Positions 57,101 to 64,000 of a DNA stretch of 64,000 nt are shown in pieces. Each line of letters begins with the position of its first letter. The first letter of the stretch is position 1. A program made the position numbers and the translations under genes. The notes beneath the pieces are model-generated. The model made no database searches. It was not told the DNA's origin and was given only the letters and a program-made list of their open reading frames with translations. The stretch lies in the IMG/VR virus record IMGVR_UViG_2857089846_000001, positions 32,001 to 96,000 of that record. One strand, given 5' to 3'. The DNA is from a virus. Lineage: Duplodnaviria > Caudoviricetes.

Positions 57101-60100
57101 GCTTGCCCCACAACAGGTCAGCCCACGAACCCTCCCTGATCGCATGGCCCGGCTGGATCTCCTCTGGCGAGACAGCCCGGAATCCCTCGGGGAGGGTGTC
57201 CGCCCACGTCGGCCGCGGAAGGGGAGAGCCGTCATCCGCACGCACCGCGATGAAGCGGTCGGCATACCAGTCGGGGTCCGCCCGGAACTCGTGTCCGGCG
57301 TCATCGCGCAGGATCGGGTTCCCTGTGGTCTTCACGACCCGGGCGGTAACGGTCTCGCCGTCGTCATTTCGGTAATCGACGTAGTAGCCGACCTTGTAGC
57401 GGATGTTGAAGCGCCGCCGGTACTTCTCCAACTCGTACGGGGTGGCGCCGGGGCCAGGCGGCACCTGATCCCCCGTGATGATGTCGGCGGCCGGGGCGGG
57501 CACGGCCGGGCTGCCGGTGGGCTCCTCGCTCTGGGGTGCGGCGGCGCTGTCGGCGTTCGGCTGACTCTCCCGCGCTGCTCGGGCCGTGTCTTCGCCAAGC
57601 ACGGCGTCGAGCTCCTCGTCCGAGGCCACGTCAAGAAGCGGCCGGCCCTGTCCGTTGCGACGCTGAACCTGCGCGGGGCCGATCTCCTGCCGCTTGCCGC
57701 CCACGCCCGGCTCGTCGCTGGTGCTGAGCACGCTGAGGACCGGCGGGTCGATCTCGGAGACGACGCCGATGTTCGGGGTGCCGTCTTCCTCCTGGAAGTC
57801 GATCTCGTCGCCCGGCTGGAAGTCGCCGAGCTCGAAGTCGCGCCGGTACTCGCCCTTCGGCGGCTGGGTGGGGTCGTCGTCCCTGACGGCGCGGAACACC
57901 CAGCCGAGGGAGCCCGGGTCGAGTACCTCGGTGGCCCGGGTCACCGCGACGTATGCGACGCGCAGCGCCTCGTCGTCCGGGATGGTGTCCCAGTCGATGT
58001 TCCCGTCGTCGGTCTCCTCCGGGCCCGTGAAGTCGTCAGCGATGCGGACTCGCTCGGACTCTAGGCCCTTCGCCTTGTGCGCGGTGGTGACGAGCACGTC
58101 GTGCTTCTCGTGCTCGGGCACCAGGCGGCCGCGGCCCTCCTCGGTCTCGGTCTGCGGGTACACCCTGGCGAGGTGTGCGTCGATACGCTCCTTCGCCTCT
58201 TCCAGGGACAGCTTGTTGTCGACCTGGTAGTTGATCGTCCTTCCGTTCTTGGTGAAGGACTCGGTGCGCTTGCCCGCCTGGTAGTAGAAGCGCTTCGTGT
58301 TCGCGTCGTACGTGATCCGGCCGACGCCGTTGGTCCTGTGGCTGCGGAACCACTCGCGAAGGCCTGCGGCCTCTGGGTCGTTCCAGTCCATGCGCACCCA
58401 GACGCGATCTCCAACGAGCTCCGTCTCGGCGGGGCGGGCTCCGGACGACAGGAGAAGGTCGATGTCGTCGCCGTGCTTCTCCAGCAGGGAGAACAGCGAG
58501 GCGAGCTGCTGTAGGTCGGGGTCGGTCTTGACCTCCTCCAGGATGTCGTCGTACGCCATGCCGTTGAAGCGCGCCAGCTCGGCATGGTCAGTGTTCTCGC
58601 CGGCGGCGAGGGCGCGCGCGGCCAGCACGAACTCCTGCAGCGCCTTCACGCCGCCGGACACAGCGACGGTGCGGCCTGCGGCAAGTGACTGCACCGCCGC
58701 CAGGGCAACGCCCGCGTTGGTGCGAGCGATGACCATGGACTCCTCGCCCGGCTGCAACTGGCCGAGGTGGGAATCCTTGCGGTCGTAGCCCCTCAGTCGC
58801 ATGCGGGTGCCCAGCAGCCGCAGGAACCGGTTGCCGACGTCGGCGACGGCCGGCCCGAAGCGGAACGACTGGGTGAGGGTGGCGCGGGCGTCCACGGGCA
58901 GCCGTGTCAGGGCGTCGCTCGCGCCGCGGAAGCCGTAGATGGCCTGGTTGGAGTCGCCGACCGCGACGACCTGGACGCCCTGGTCGAGAGCGGCGCGGAC
59001 AACGCCCTCCATGACCGGGTTCACGTCCTGGGCCTCATCCCAGAACAGGGTGTCCGCGTCGAGCTTGTACCCGCCGAGCGCCCACTGCTTGACGATGTAG
59101 TCGAAGTCCATCGTCAGGTCTCGCTCGGGGTCGCCGGCCTCGGGGTCAGTCAGGTTCGCCCACATGCGGTCGGCGAGCGGCTTGACCGCGTTGAACAGGT
59201 CCCGTCGCTCTTCCTCGGTCTTCGCGTTGACGTGCTGCGGGCCCATCTCCGCGTCCGCGGACTTCGCCCACTGCTGGAGCATCCGCTCGGCGACCGTGGC
59301 CGCGCCGCCCGGGGACAGCTCCCGGCCACCGGCACGCACCGTGTCGTACCAGCGCATCCGGTCGGCGATCTGCTGCGCGTTGAGCTTCTTGAAACCGCCC
59401 TTCTTGTTGCTGGGCAGGCGGTCGTTCAGGCGCCGGTCGGCCACGCGCGCGGCGTACGCGTTCGCCGTGGAGGCGAGCATGTTCTTCGCGTATTCGCCAC
59501 GGGCCTGCGCCTCGCGGGCCTCGGCAGCAACGCTCCTGTTGAACGCCAGGTAGACGATCTTCTTGCCCGGCATGCGGTGGCTGAGCATCTTCAGCGTGGA
59601 CGACTTGCCGGTACCGGCGAGCGCCATCACCGCCATGTTCAGGCCGCGGCGGGCCGCACCCTGGATGATGATGTCCTGCTCGTCGGTGGGCGGGTACGAC
59701 TCGTTGGCCGCGGCCGCCGCGTCGATGCGCTCCCACTCCTCGTCGGAGTAGCCGCCCGGCTTGGCCGCGGGCAGGTCTTCCACCCGCGTGACAAGGTCCT
59801 CGACCTCGGCGTTGTTGAGGCCGTAGCCCTCCAGTCGGTCCCGGACCACCGAGCCGCGGGAACGCTCGACCAGCTTGCCGTTGTCGTCGTACTCAGGCTC
59901 GGGCGTCCAGCGGCGCCGCTCCTCCTCCTGGAGCTCGAACAGACGCTGCTCCATACGGCGGCGGCGGGCCAGGTCGAGCCGGTCCGTGGAGTCGGCGAAC
60001 CCGGAGAGCTCCTCCTCCAGGTCGCCGATCGCGTCGGCCAGCTGCTCGTCATCCATGTCCGTCGCAGAAGGCTGCGGCGTCGGGCGGCCGGCCGGTGAAC

Positions 60101-63100
60101 TCCGCTCCGGCCGGGAACCCGCCGCCGGCTGCTGCTGCGAGTCTTCGCCCGCGGCGCGCGGGGATGCCTCCCGCGGGCGGTCCGCGGGAGCCTGGCGGCC
60201 CGAAGCGGGGGCTTCGTCTCGAGACCCCGTGCCCTGAGTGGGCGCCGGTGTGGGCGCAGACTCGGCGGGCTGTTCCTCGGTCTCGGGGGCCTTGGTGGTC
60301 GGCTCGCTGGTCTCGGACGTCGTCGTGGTGCCCGTCTCGCCCGGACTGCCGGCGCTCTCGTCGCTCGTCCCTTCCTCGGCGAGCCCGTTCAGTTCGGAGC
60401 GCACCTTGGCCGGGTCAAGGGTGACGGTGCCCTCGCCGGTCTCCGGCCCCCGCGGAGAAGCGGCCTCCCCTTCGCGCTGCTCCGCGGTGGTGCTGTCCGC
60501 GGGCTGCGAGCGGGCGCGCCGAGCCCGCTCGGTGGTGAGCCGGGCGTGCCTGTCGACAGCCGCGTCATCGGCCGTGCCCTGGTTGATGGCCTCCTCGATG
60601 CTGCTCAGCTCGCTGTCGAGTTCACTCTCGGACAGCGACGACGGGCGCGGCCGGCCGTCCTCCCGGACCGCGGCCTGCTGCGGTGCCGGCTGCTGAGCGG
60701 TCTCGGCGCGCTTCGGCTTCTCGGGGGCGGGCTTGAAGGTGCGGGCGCGCTCCTGGTCGGCGAGGGCCTTCAGGACTCGGGTCTCCTCCTCGACTTCCTT
60801 CAGCCGCTTCCTCAAGCCAGGGTCGGCCTTCTCGCCGGCCTCATGGATTCGCTCGCGGAGCTTCTTCGCCTCCTGGTGGTGCATGACCATCTCGGTGAGG
60901 GCCTGGACGCGCCGCTCGGTGGAAGCGACCTGCTCCTCGAAGGGACTCTGCCCCTCCTCCAGGTGCGACTCCGCTTCCCGCTTCGTGACGCGGGCTTGGT
61001 CGAGTTCCTTCTGCCGCTTCTCGATGTCGGCGTCGAGGGACTTGAGCAGGTTCTCCAGGGACTGGATCGCGCCGCGGCCCGACGTGTCGTTGATCTTGCG
61101 GGCCGACCAGAGGCCGCGGGTGTCCGGGGTGGCGGCGTTCGTGTACGACGGGGCGTGGTCCAGGCGCAGCCGGACCATGCGGTTGCCGTCGGCGTCGTAC
61201 TCGACCTCGGCGAGGAAGTTCACGCCGCCGATCTCGCCGAGCGGGACGGTGGCGCCGTCGCGGTGCCGGGTGTCCTTGGCGATGTCAGCCATGCGCTGGC
61301 CGAGATCCTGCGCGGCGTCCGCGCGGCTGTCGTAGGAGACGCCGCCGATCGTCGCCTGGAAGTTGTCGCCGCTCACGTCCTGGCGCTGGGCCAGGGCCTC
61401 CCGCATCTCGGGCAGGGCCCGCTCCAGAGACTCGATACGGCCGTCGAGGCGGGCGATGCGGTCGCGGCGCTCCTGCTGCTGCTCGTACCAGTCGGCGTTC
61501 TGCCGCTGGAGGTCCACCAGCTCGCCCTGCGCGAGGGCACGCTCGGCGATGGCGGGGTTGCCGGAGGCGATGGCCTTGAAGGTGCCCATCGACACCGCGT
61601 CGTCGCCGATGTCCTCCATCTCGCGGGCATTGAAGTCGCGGCGCGCCATCTGGTTGATGAAGACCGCCTTGCGCTCCAGCGTGCCCAGGCGGAACTCATC
61701 GAAGGTGCCCTCGGTGATGTAGTACATGATCCGCACGTCGTCGGGCGTGCCGTCGACCCCGGGGACGTTGAGGTTGCCCTGCCGCTCGACACGGCCGTCG
61801 CGCTGCGCCATGTCGGCGGGCCGCCACGGGAACGACAGGTGGTGCAGGGCAACGGCACGGTCCTGCACGTTGGTGCCGGTGCCCATCTTCTGCGTCGAGC
61901 CGATGAGGACGGCGATCTTGCCGTTGCGGGCCTCCTCGAACAGCTTGGCCTTGGCCTTGTCGTCCTTCGCCTCGTGGATGAAGCGGACCTTCTCCCGGGG
62001 CACACCGGCAGCGACCAGCTCGTCCCGCATGGCCTCATAGGCGTCGAACTTGATCTTGCCGGTGGAGCCGGGGGTGCCCTCGTCAAGGAAGACGAGCTGG
62101 AGGCTGCCAGGCAGCTCCTGCGGCGTTGCGTCCTTCGTGGACACCGGGTAGACGGTGTCCTTGTGCTCCTCGTAGATCCTGGCGATCTGCTCGGCGGCGG
62201 CCTCCAGCTTGCCGCCCTCGTGGCCGGAGCCGCCCTGTAGGCGCATGTCGATCGCGGCTCGGGAGGCGAAGCCGATGGCCTTGAGGATGCCGCCCGGCTC
62301 CCTGATCCAGTCCTCGTCCTGCAGCGATTGCACGTACCGGCGCTGCTCTACCGACGAGGGGATGGCGATGACCTCGCCGCGGCGGCCGTTCTCGCCGGCG
62401 CGGACCGGCGGAGTGGGCAGGTTCAGGTCGGCGGCGGTCTGGATGTCGGCGAAGGTGCGGTACCCCAGCAGCAGCTCGGGGACGTTGAAGAACCTCGCGA
62501 ACCGTGCCTTCTCCCGGTAGTCGCCGCTTCCGTCGGCGGCCAGCTCCAGGCTGGTGACGACCTCGCCGAACGTCGCCGCCCAGGAGTCGAAGTCGTCAAT
62601 CCCCGCCTCTTCGAGGATGTGCGGGGCCAGGTAGCGCATGAGGACGTACGCCTCGGTGACGCTGTTGGCGATCGGCGTGCCGGTGGCCAGCGACGCGACC
62701 CGGCCGGAGGCGTTGTGCTCTCGCAGGTAGCCCAGCGCCATGTGGAGCTGTGTGGCCTGGCTGGAGCCGCTGATGGCGGCGCCGGGCAGGTTCGAGACGG
62801 TCCGCAGGTTCTTGTACTCGTGCGCCTCGTCCACGAACAGGTAGTCGATGCCCGTGTTCTCGAAGAAGATCCCGCGCTCGTCCTTCAGCGTCTCCAGGCG
62901 CTCCTTGAGCTTCTCCTCCTGGTTGGCGAGGGTCTGCTCCATCTGCTTGAGCGAGGGGTCGTCGCCGTCCCGGGCCTTGATCTTCTCGATCTGGGAGCGC
63001 AGGAGCGCGAGCTCCTTGTCCATGTACGCCTGCTGGGTCTTGGGCGTCATGGGGATGGAGTTGAAGGCGTCGTGCGTGAGGACGACCACGTCCCAGTCGC

Positions 63101-63998
63101 CGCCTGCGATCTTCGCGATGAACTTGCGGCGCTTCTTGTGGTGCAGGTCCTTCCGGGAGATCGCGAGAACCTTCGCGCCCGGGTAGAGCTGGACGGCCTC
63201 GCGGGAGAACTGCTCCAGCATGTGGTTGGGCACCACGATCGCCGGCTTGGACGCCAGGCCGGTGCGGCGCAGCTCCATGGCGCCGCCGACCATCGTGGCG
63301 GTCTTGCCGGCGCCCACGACGTGGCCGAGGAGGGTGGTGGGCTCTTGCGTGATGCGTCGGATGGCCGCGTTCTGGTGCGGCCGCATCTGCCAGCCGGTCT
63401 TCACCCCGGGCAGGGTCAGCGGCGTCTCGTCGTAGTCGCGGAGGGCGATGGAGTTGAACTTGTCGTTGTAGATGCGGCCCAGGCGCTCAGCGCGCTGCTG
63501 GTCGGCCATCACCCACTTGTTGAACTCCTTGGCCATCTCCTTGGCCTTGTTGCGGGCCGCAGAGGTCGCCTTCTGGTTGACGTACGTCTTGGTGGAGCCG
63601 TCGGGGAGCTTCTGGCTCTCGGTGATGGTGATGAGCTTCTGGTGCAGCAGCGAGTCGAACAGCTCGTAGGCGTTGCGGCCCTTGACGCCCCACACGGTCC
63701 GGGCGATCTCGCCCTTGTCGCTGCCGTCCACGGCCCACCGGTTGCCGCCGAAGTGGGTCACGCTGGCGTCGGACAGGCCGAGGTGGCGCAGGAAGCCTTC
63801 GTAGACGTCGATCGGCACCCACGGTGCGCCGATCTTCACGCGGATGTCGGCGGCGCGGATGTCGCGGGGCACGACCCGCTCCAGGGCGGCGACGTTGACC
63901 GCGTACTTGGGGTCCTCGGCGGCCGCAGCGCGGGCCTCGGCGAGTTTCTGCCGTACGTTGCCCGACAGGTAGGCCGCTCGGGACTCCAGCCGGCCGGT
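48105..63998 (-). CDS. Giant DarB-like polyvalent protein: SNF2 helicase + UvrD-like SF1 helicase + SH3/KOW-like repeats (N terminus beyond the window)
   Basis: Frame stays open to the edge (YLSGNVRQKL). SF2: HVVGAGKT, FVDEAH, ATGTP, GTGTNVQ, QRDGRVERQGN. SF1: ALAGTGKS, WDEAQD, VGDSNQAIYGFRGA, LTQSFRFG, TAHKAKGLE, YVAVTRA. Confidence 0.9.
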   Translation of the reverse strand, partial: TGRLESRAAYLSGNVRQKLAEARAAAAEDPKYAVNVAALERVVPRDIRAADIRVKIGAPWVPIDVYEGFLRHLGLSDASVTHFGGNRWAVDGSDKGEIARTVWGVKGRNAYELFDSLLHQKLITITESQKLPDGSTKTYVNQKATSAARNKAKEMAKEFNKWVMADQQRAERLGRIYNDKFNSIALRDYDETPLTLPGVKTGWQMRPHQNAAIRRITQEPTTLLGHVVGAGKTATMVGGAMELRRTGLASKPAIVVPNHMLEQFSREAVQLYPGAKVLAISRKDLHHKKRRKFIAKIAGGDWDVVVLTHDAFNSIPMTPKTQQAYMDKELALLRSQIEKIKARDGDDPSLKQMEQTLANQEEKLKERLETLKDERGIFFENTGIDYLFVDEAHEYKNLRTVSNLPGAAISGSSQATQLHMALGYLREHNASGRVASLATGTPIANSVTEAYVLMRYLAPHILEEAGIDDFDSWAATFGEVVTSLELAADGSGDYREKARFARFFNVPELLLGYRTFADIQTAADLNLPTPPVRAGENGRRGEVIAIPSSVEQRRYVQSLQDEDWIREPGGILKAIGFASRAAIDMRLQGGSGHEGGKLEAAAEQIARIYEEHKDTVYPVSTKDATPQELPGSLQLVFLDEGTPGSTGKIKFDAYEAMRDELVAAGVPREKVRFIHEAKDDKAKAKLFEEARNGKIAVLIGSTQKMGTGTNVQDRAVALHHLSFPWRPADMAQRDGRVERQGNLNVPGVDGTPDDVRIMYYITEGTFDEFRLGTLERKAVFINQMARRDFNAREMEDIGDDAVSMGTFKAIASGNPAIAERALAQGELVDLQRQNADWYEQQQERRDRIARLDGRIESLERALPEMREALAQRQDVSGDNFQATIGGVSYDSRADAAQDLGQRMADIAKDTRHRDGATVPLGEIGGVNFLAEVEYDADGNRMVRLRLDHAPSYTNAATPDTRGLWSARKINDTSGRGAIQSLENLLKSLDADIEKRQKELDQARVTKREAESHLEEGQSPFEEQVASTERRVQALTEMVMHHQEAKKLRERIHEAGEKADPGLRKRLKEVEEETRVLKALADQERARTFKPAPEKPKRAETAQQPAPQQAAVREDGRPRPSSLSESELDSELSSIEEAINQGTADDAAVDRHARLTTERARRARSQPADSTTAEQREGEAASPRGPETGEGTVTLDPAKVRSELNGLAEEGTSDESAGSPGETGTTTTSETSEPTTKAPETEEQPAESAPTPAPTQGTGSRDEAPASGRQAPADRPREASPRAAGEDSQQQPAAGSRPERSSPAGRPTPQPSATDMDDEQLADAIGDLEEELSGFADSTDRLDLARRRRMEQRLFELQEEERRRWTPEPEYDDNGKLVERSRGSVVRDRLEGYGLNNAEVEDLVTRVEDLPAAKPGGYSDEEWERIDAAAAANESYPPTDEQDIIIQGAARRGLNMAVMALAGTGKSSTLKMLSHRMPGKKIVYLAFNRSVAAEAREAQARGEYAKNMLASTANAYAARVADRRLNDRLPSNKKGGFKKLNAQQIADRMRWYDTVRAGGRELSPGGAATVAERMLQQWAKSADAEMGPQHVNAKTEEERRDLFNAVKPLADRMWANLTDPEAGDPERDLTMDFDYIVKQWALGGYKLDADTLFWDEAQDVNPVMEGVVRAALDQGVQVVAVGDSNQAIYGFRGASDALTRLPVDARATLTQSFRFGPAVADVGNRFLRLLGTRMRLRGYDRKDSHLGQLQPGEESMVIARTNAGVALAAVQSLAAGRTVAVSGGVKALQEFVLAARALAAGENTDHAELARFNGMAYDDILEEVKTDPDLQQLASLFSLLEKHGDDIDLLLSSGARPAETELVGDRVWVRMDWNDPEAAGLREWFRSHRTNGVGRITYDANTKRFYYQAGKRTESFTKNGRTINYQVDNKLSLEEAKERIDAHLARVYPQTETEEGRGRLVPEHEKHDVLVTTAHKAKGLESERVRIADDFTGPEETDDGNIDWDTIPDDEALRVAYVAVTRATEVLDPGSLGWVFRAVRDDDPTQPPKGEYRRDFELGDFQPGDEIDFQEEDGTPNIGVVSEIDPPVLSVLSTSDEPGVGGKRQEIGPAQVQRRNGQGRPLLDVASDEELDAVLGEDTARAARESQPNADSAAAPQSEEPTGSPAVPAPAADIITGDQVPPGPGATPYELEKYRRRFNIRYKVGYYVDYRNDDGETVTARVVKTTGNPILRDDAGHEFRADPDWYADRFIAVRADDGSPLPRPTWADTLPEGFRAVSPEEIQPGHAIREGSWADLLWGKRFVMATGTGEDGSTRLYTAHLATIGGVNLGYDPRQLVVLDETEESRQLAEEALRRRDVRKSAKFQGLTLPKKLPAPSDETNAPDAPTPAPKPDNAPDADTSSWGEGDQVLTPQHGAGAIRHIADNGFALVDTDSGMRPIALAELRRPGQDASAAELDRKAEAGAKRERENAWLAAAATSEGAPIESMDGYRLANLDVDAGHGAIMRDGEMVAWIRARGPKGASTWKAQDARGGGPRTPAAAISEGTGENGLYRSIKGAAWSAAYQADSNVDPSHGRGVTRPEDMRGEILGTLLTKAQFRELGDLAKRWANGDDADLRHVANNYYSGPVSANQMRYAADAIDQEADALDLSTADGRRREKLYRRLAQGVRWQARGLEASATMPPPGEPDPFSRRGDAPAPDAAQAADTEVGNGPEEIREKVGEHNGKPVEVGEVQTIPAESRFQRDEVRRSVYLDGERIGSLLHSDAEWTGGDAWRADHDLYGSVGDQWYRQGDFDNPGHAAALALAGEHGKPLLSFPGDRSGRAEPIREWAGVWAEPQPAGVRNVYLDRALAHNGDGWTATADPWQVRFWISTMADVEPSAQYDENTRRSLEEVPQEARQYLAGLVEELRSSVQKAGEELRADLRPLLVDRIATRNGRKKALELRNQLAEERTQKVRELVREQVARARVGAEEHGLSEQQAEDFLVSVVGGDNPDQTTYGIRGEFPEALRPLQAAVADARAYWAAFAGWATQDDSGNWAGMHWENGRRESLGAPMIPAADARSGTGELRIGEAELPRGMRWVRGSELGEGHIFHTVSSARRGTADVFDGMEPPHYVIHTHRNGREGEIRSVSLDSDRGSHTVGAEEWVVLVEKPEPAVRKRAQHRARTDVFTNWGLPKDHETYELGGPDRVAALVARADVAEVANDGSKKEWSVSVDGVDVGRIAHDWGKSPTDYHAESADGQRRTWSDKDLATAGLVAAYDAASRDEQEGNRRDDENDENDGQDGQDDADAERRRRNRRRRRDRDRNRPESGGDTPGGARPVIPRVPGRNRDDDDDDGRDSSGNQDEPRRLEALKNRYRSGEAPVPSGADPERHAQYLRGLASNDSLTLSPGGGLVTWTNTGDTWRFGHAASGLHLEGWEVSGDAIGGREGARRLAGAYEGLRDADGELIDWTSPVLDPERMRAWSDADGMPLAGAVARARQNMIDLRSDESREASGPDAPAAPGRTTESGDAAPRRPGDDSRGRAGTAAVGGAQGTTQGEGQQGADTAAPGATAEPSQYVGNAVHGPQHAGSVDGRRIPTAEELKRYESRGSDRVINEEGERALFGSPEQMRALAEEGFVPGPLMRSDRSGQVWRNGRLIGNLNAPHRYRNDHTDGDPEVWWSELPFGSSGPHFATREAAIAHLVLRDKERGEPDLSIVHPDLARDLSSMDDGRALDGRRGLESLENRPEDMERLQALRDLLAALGRGETPSGNVADDLARLHDELRWLNTHYKQPPTSLKEANIHGPGWLADEIRKHLDVLRPEDPRAQHHEARLNRAAHQALNDLLADGARDRADRVPAGDIREGDIVHLSGRISGRSSGATASRTGYVIGEPQKATLTTDGKRQRAWRITVGGDPWEATRHAIDTETFVIPVDGSGLVLARAEDVNMPFDDHRYGRREGEAPRDTAPARSGNGADREPAGTPAAPGSAADRDQSGDRAEEAQPTSAGGAADNAPSSEGDSSNAPSDQDDRQEADPSAGKRTQGGRPKGEEPASEGDTTPADSAAPEPVGGRPAEWVKVSDLTLGDLVRVDGTTKRGTARTLAGYVVDGPKSIPTTQARRLQDMYRVLIADAPDSRDGKPVWVRPDAAAARATRDDADQFQGSPQTGADSDVLTGRIADRVPTDRNANGLFPGAIVTNDDGREGVVTGASANSVRVQFGDDRTDDDHAPTSLNVTDGGAARPDGWTTGGHRVRPGNIVSDRDGNMLGTVEDVDGDTATVAAPQGMAELPIGDLRVVGDTSNGDGQAPPKVARVESVTAGELKEGDLLVPRNGRPRRITSIRHTGTRTTLDTQDPIAGDIGSLSVPSDAPMRRAVDAEGGAPDFGPEDEPESPEPIVPHEPAPAVAPVNGPTVNPDLSPEERDAITDRGQVPTDDPEAQQAAARIANDLPVTAGQASALAGALREGADASTSEGRAARRAADHLDAAAGNESDGGTGRPEPGTIGAVGVGDTLMLPDEFDPDTMTAYRVVQIQEAPGGMRTLMIEDEDGLRFKRTFASGESLYQLPEPSSDATAAQDDDGDTPATSDPAAPAVPVARVQAGQLRVGDVIDAPLSGAGYRLNDHRRLTVVAPPHRNGWWMSVTVMDGDGNMHDLSLHSGRQVNVFERNRPTPALPPADGNQDASRPSAADRIRADYGDAVVRGVIDNAIQGTTTPGSIHQLREQIAAQLTPESLRSAMSRVRNEARDVIDGADLDDTERDELVSSLRPEAASARQDAVRAVLRTVNDLEPRDGESEEELAARAADLLRLIPEALRNRPDNDRDGDSIDGDSRVDRAVLRHVDDAVGEALADAVRGGELTEERRAAIVAQLAARLAATREETARRIASQVPEGRRPGVFAHALALLVAIARKLLSLLMALLKWLARVVAKAWRAGRNGTRSLRERLARFRRNLMERIKSWPETRRLRRLAAAADLPEHGDGLPLGDRVAHWARLLPAPGRFGQVSRRSRWYRPASRTSLAAGQLPAVRDGVRWAPDRAVDGGPGPQALRHLAAVRAAGQDVDTDVAARLAAAAPELGDDPHGNVRHASGYADAAERRLRDLEAAAAGGATDTDLEIAAARVEAQSARQEATRLQQAYTAALPDAVRDTLAELREMGPGTTATLVTTPDSDRDSVRALTDISQFVPRDWLTPADSRFIGARGGDTGGYDPDSRIATVADLGDGGRRTAAHALLAHLQQHYPDLLAAQEAFHFTRTHSGRVGARRRTSVDVLMARLFRNRTEQGDTGDVVPLGLGTLFSGDWYEDDDLRAFLLGLLATR

Positions 63999-64000
63999 GG

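Larger units (their letters stand above)
1..64000. mobile_element. Actinomycete phage-plasmid (plasmid prophage), siphovirus-type, partial
   Basis: Capsid, protease, tail, tape measure, endolysin and holin genes occur together with a plasmid-type Rep, ParAB plus palindromic sites, a TA pair and a DUF2637/Spd-like gene. No integrase or host housekeeping genes seen. Confidence 0.88.

Noticed and set aside
50200-57850. LxxGD motifs as Hint/intein domains
   Set aside because: No N-terminal Cys or C-terminal HN junction was seen; better explained as SH3/KOW-like barrels.

Overview
High-GC actinomycete DNA, most likely Streptomyces (inferred from codon style, WhiB and DUF2637/SpdB-like genes). The whole window appears to be part of a siphovirus-type phage-plasmid. 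Left: EspR-like XRE regulator module, a plasmid-type Rep gene with an internal perfect DnaA box, a probable counter-transcript hairpin upstream of it, and a BldN-like ECF sigma operon. 11.4-18.2 kb (+): early operon with Gam-like protein, WhiB, HTH initiator plus DnaC-like loader, DUF2637 protein and a Sak4-like ATPase, followed by a ~600-bp non-coding array of GGTACG repeats in inverted blocks. Minus strand: lysis genes, tail, head, a prohead protease fused to a 2H phosphoesterase, and a >5,290-aa DarB-like polyvalent protein (SNF2 + UvrD + SH3-like repeats) that runs off the right edge. A parB-parA cassette is inserted backwards in the tail module, and a small TA pair precedes the head genes. 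Two cis-element families were read directly from the sequence: nine 17-bp palindromes TGTTCCCCNGGGGAACA (candidate parS) and fifteen copies of a bipartite motif upstream of virion/lysis genes (candidate late promoter). No portal, large terminase, integrase, traB, rRNA, tRNA or CRISPR array was recognised. All calls come from reading motifs by eye; no database search was run and coordinates were counted by hand.
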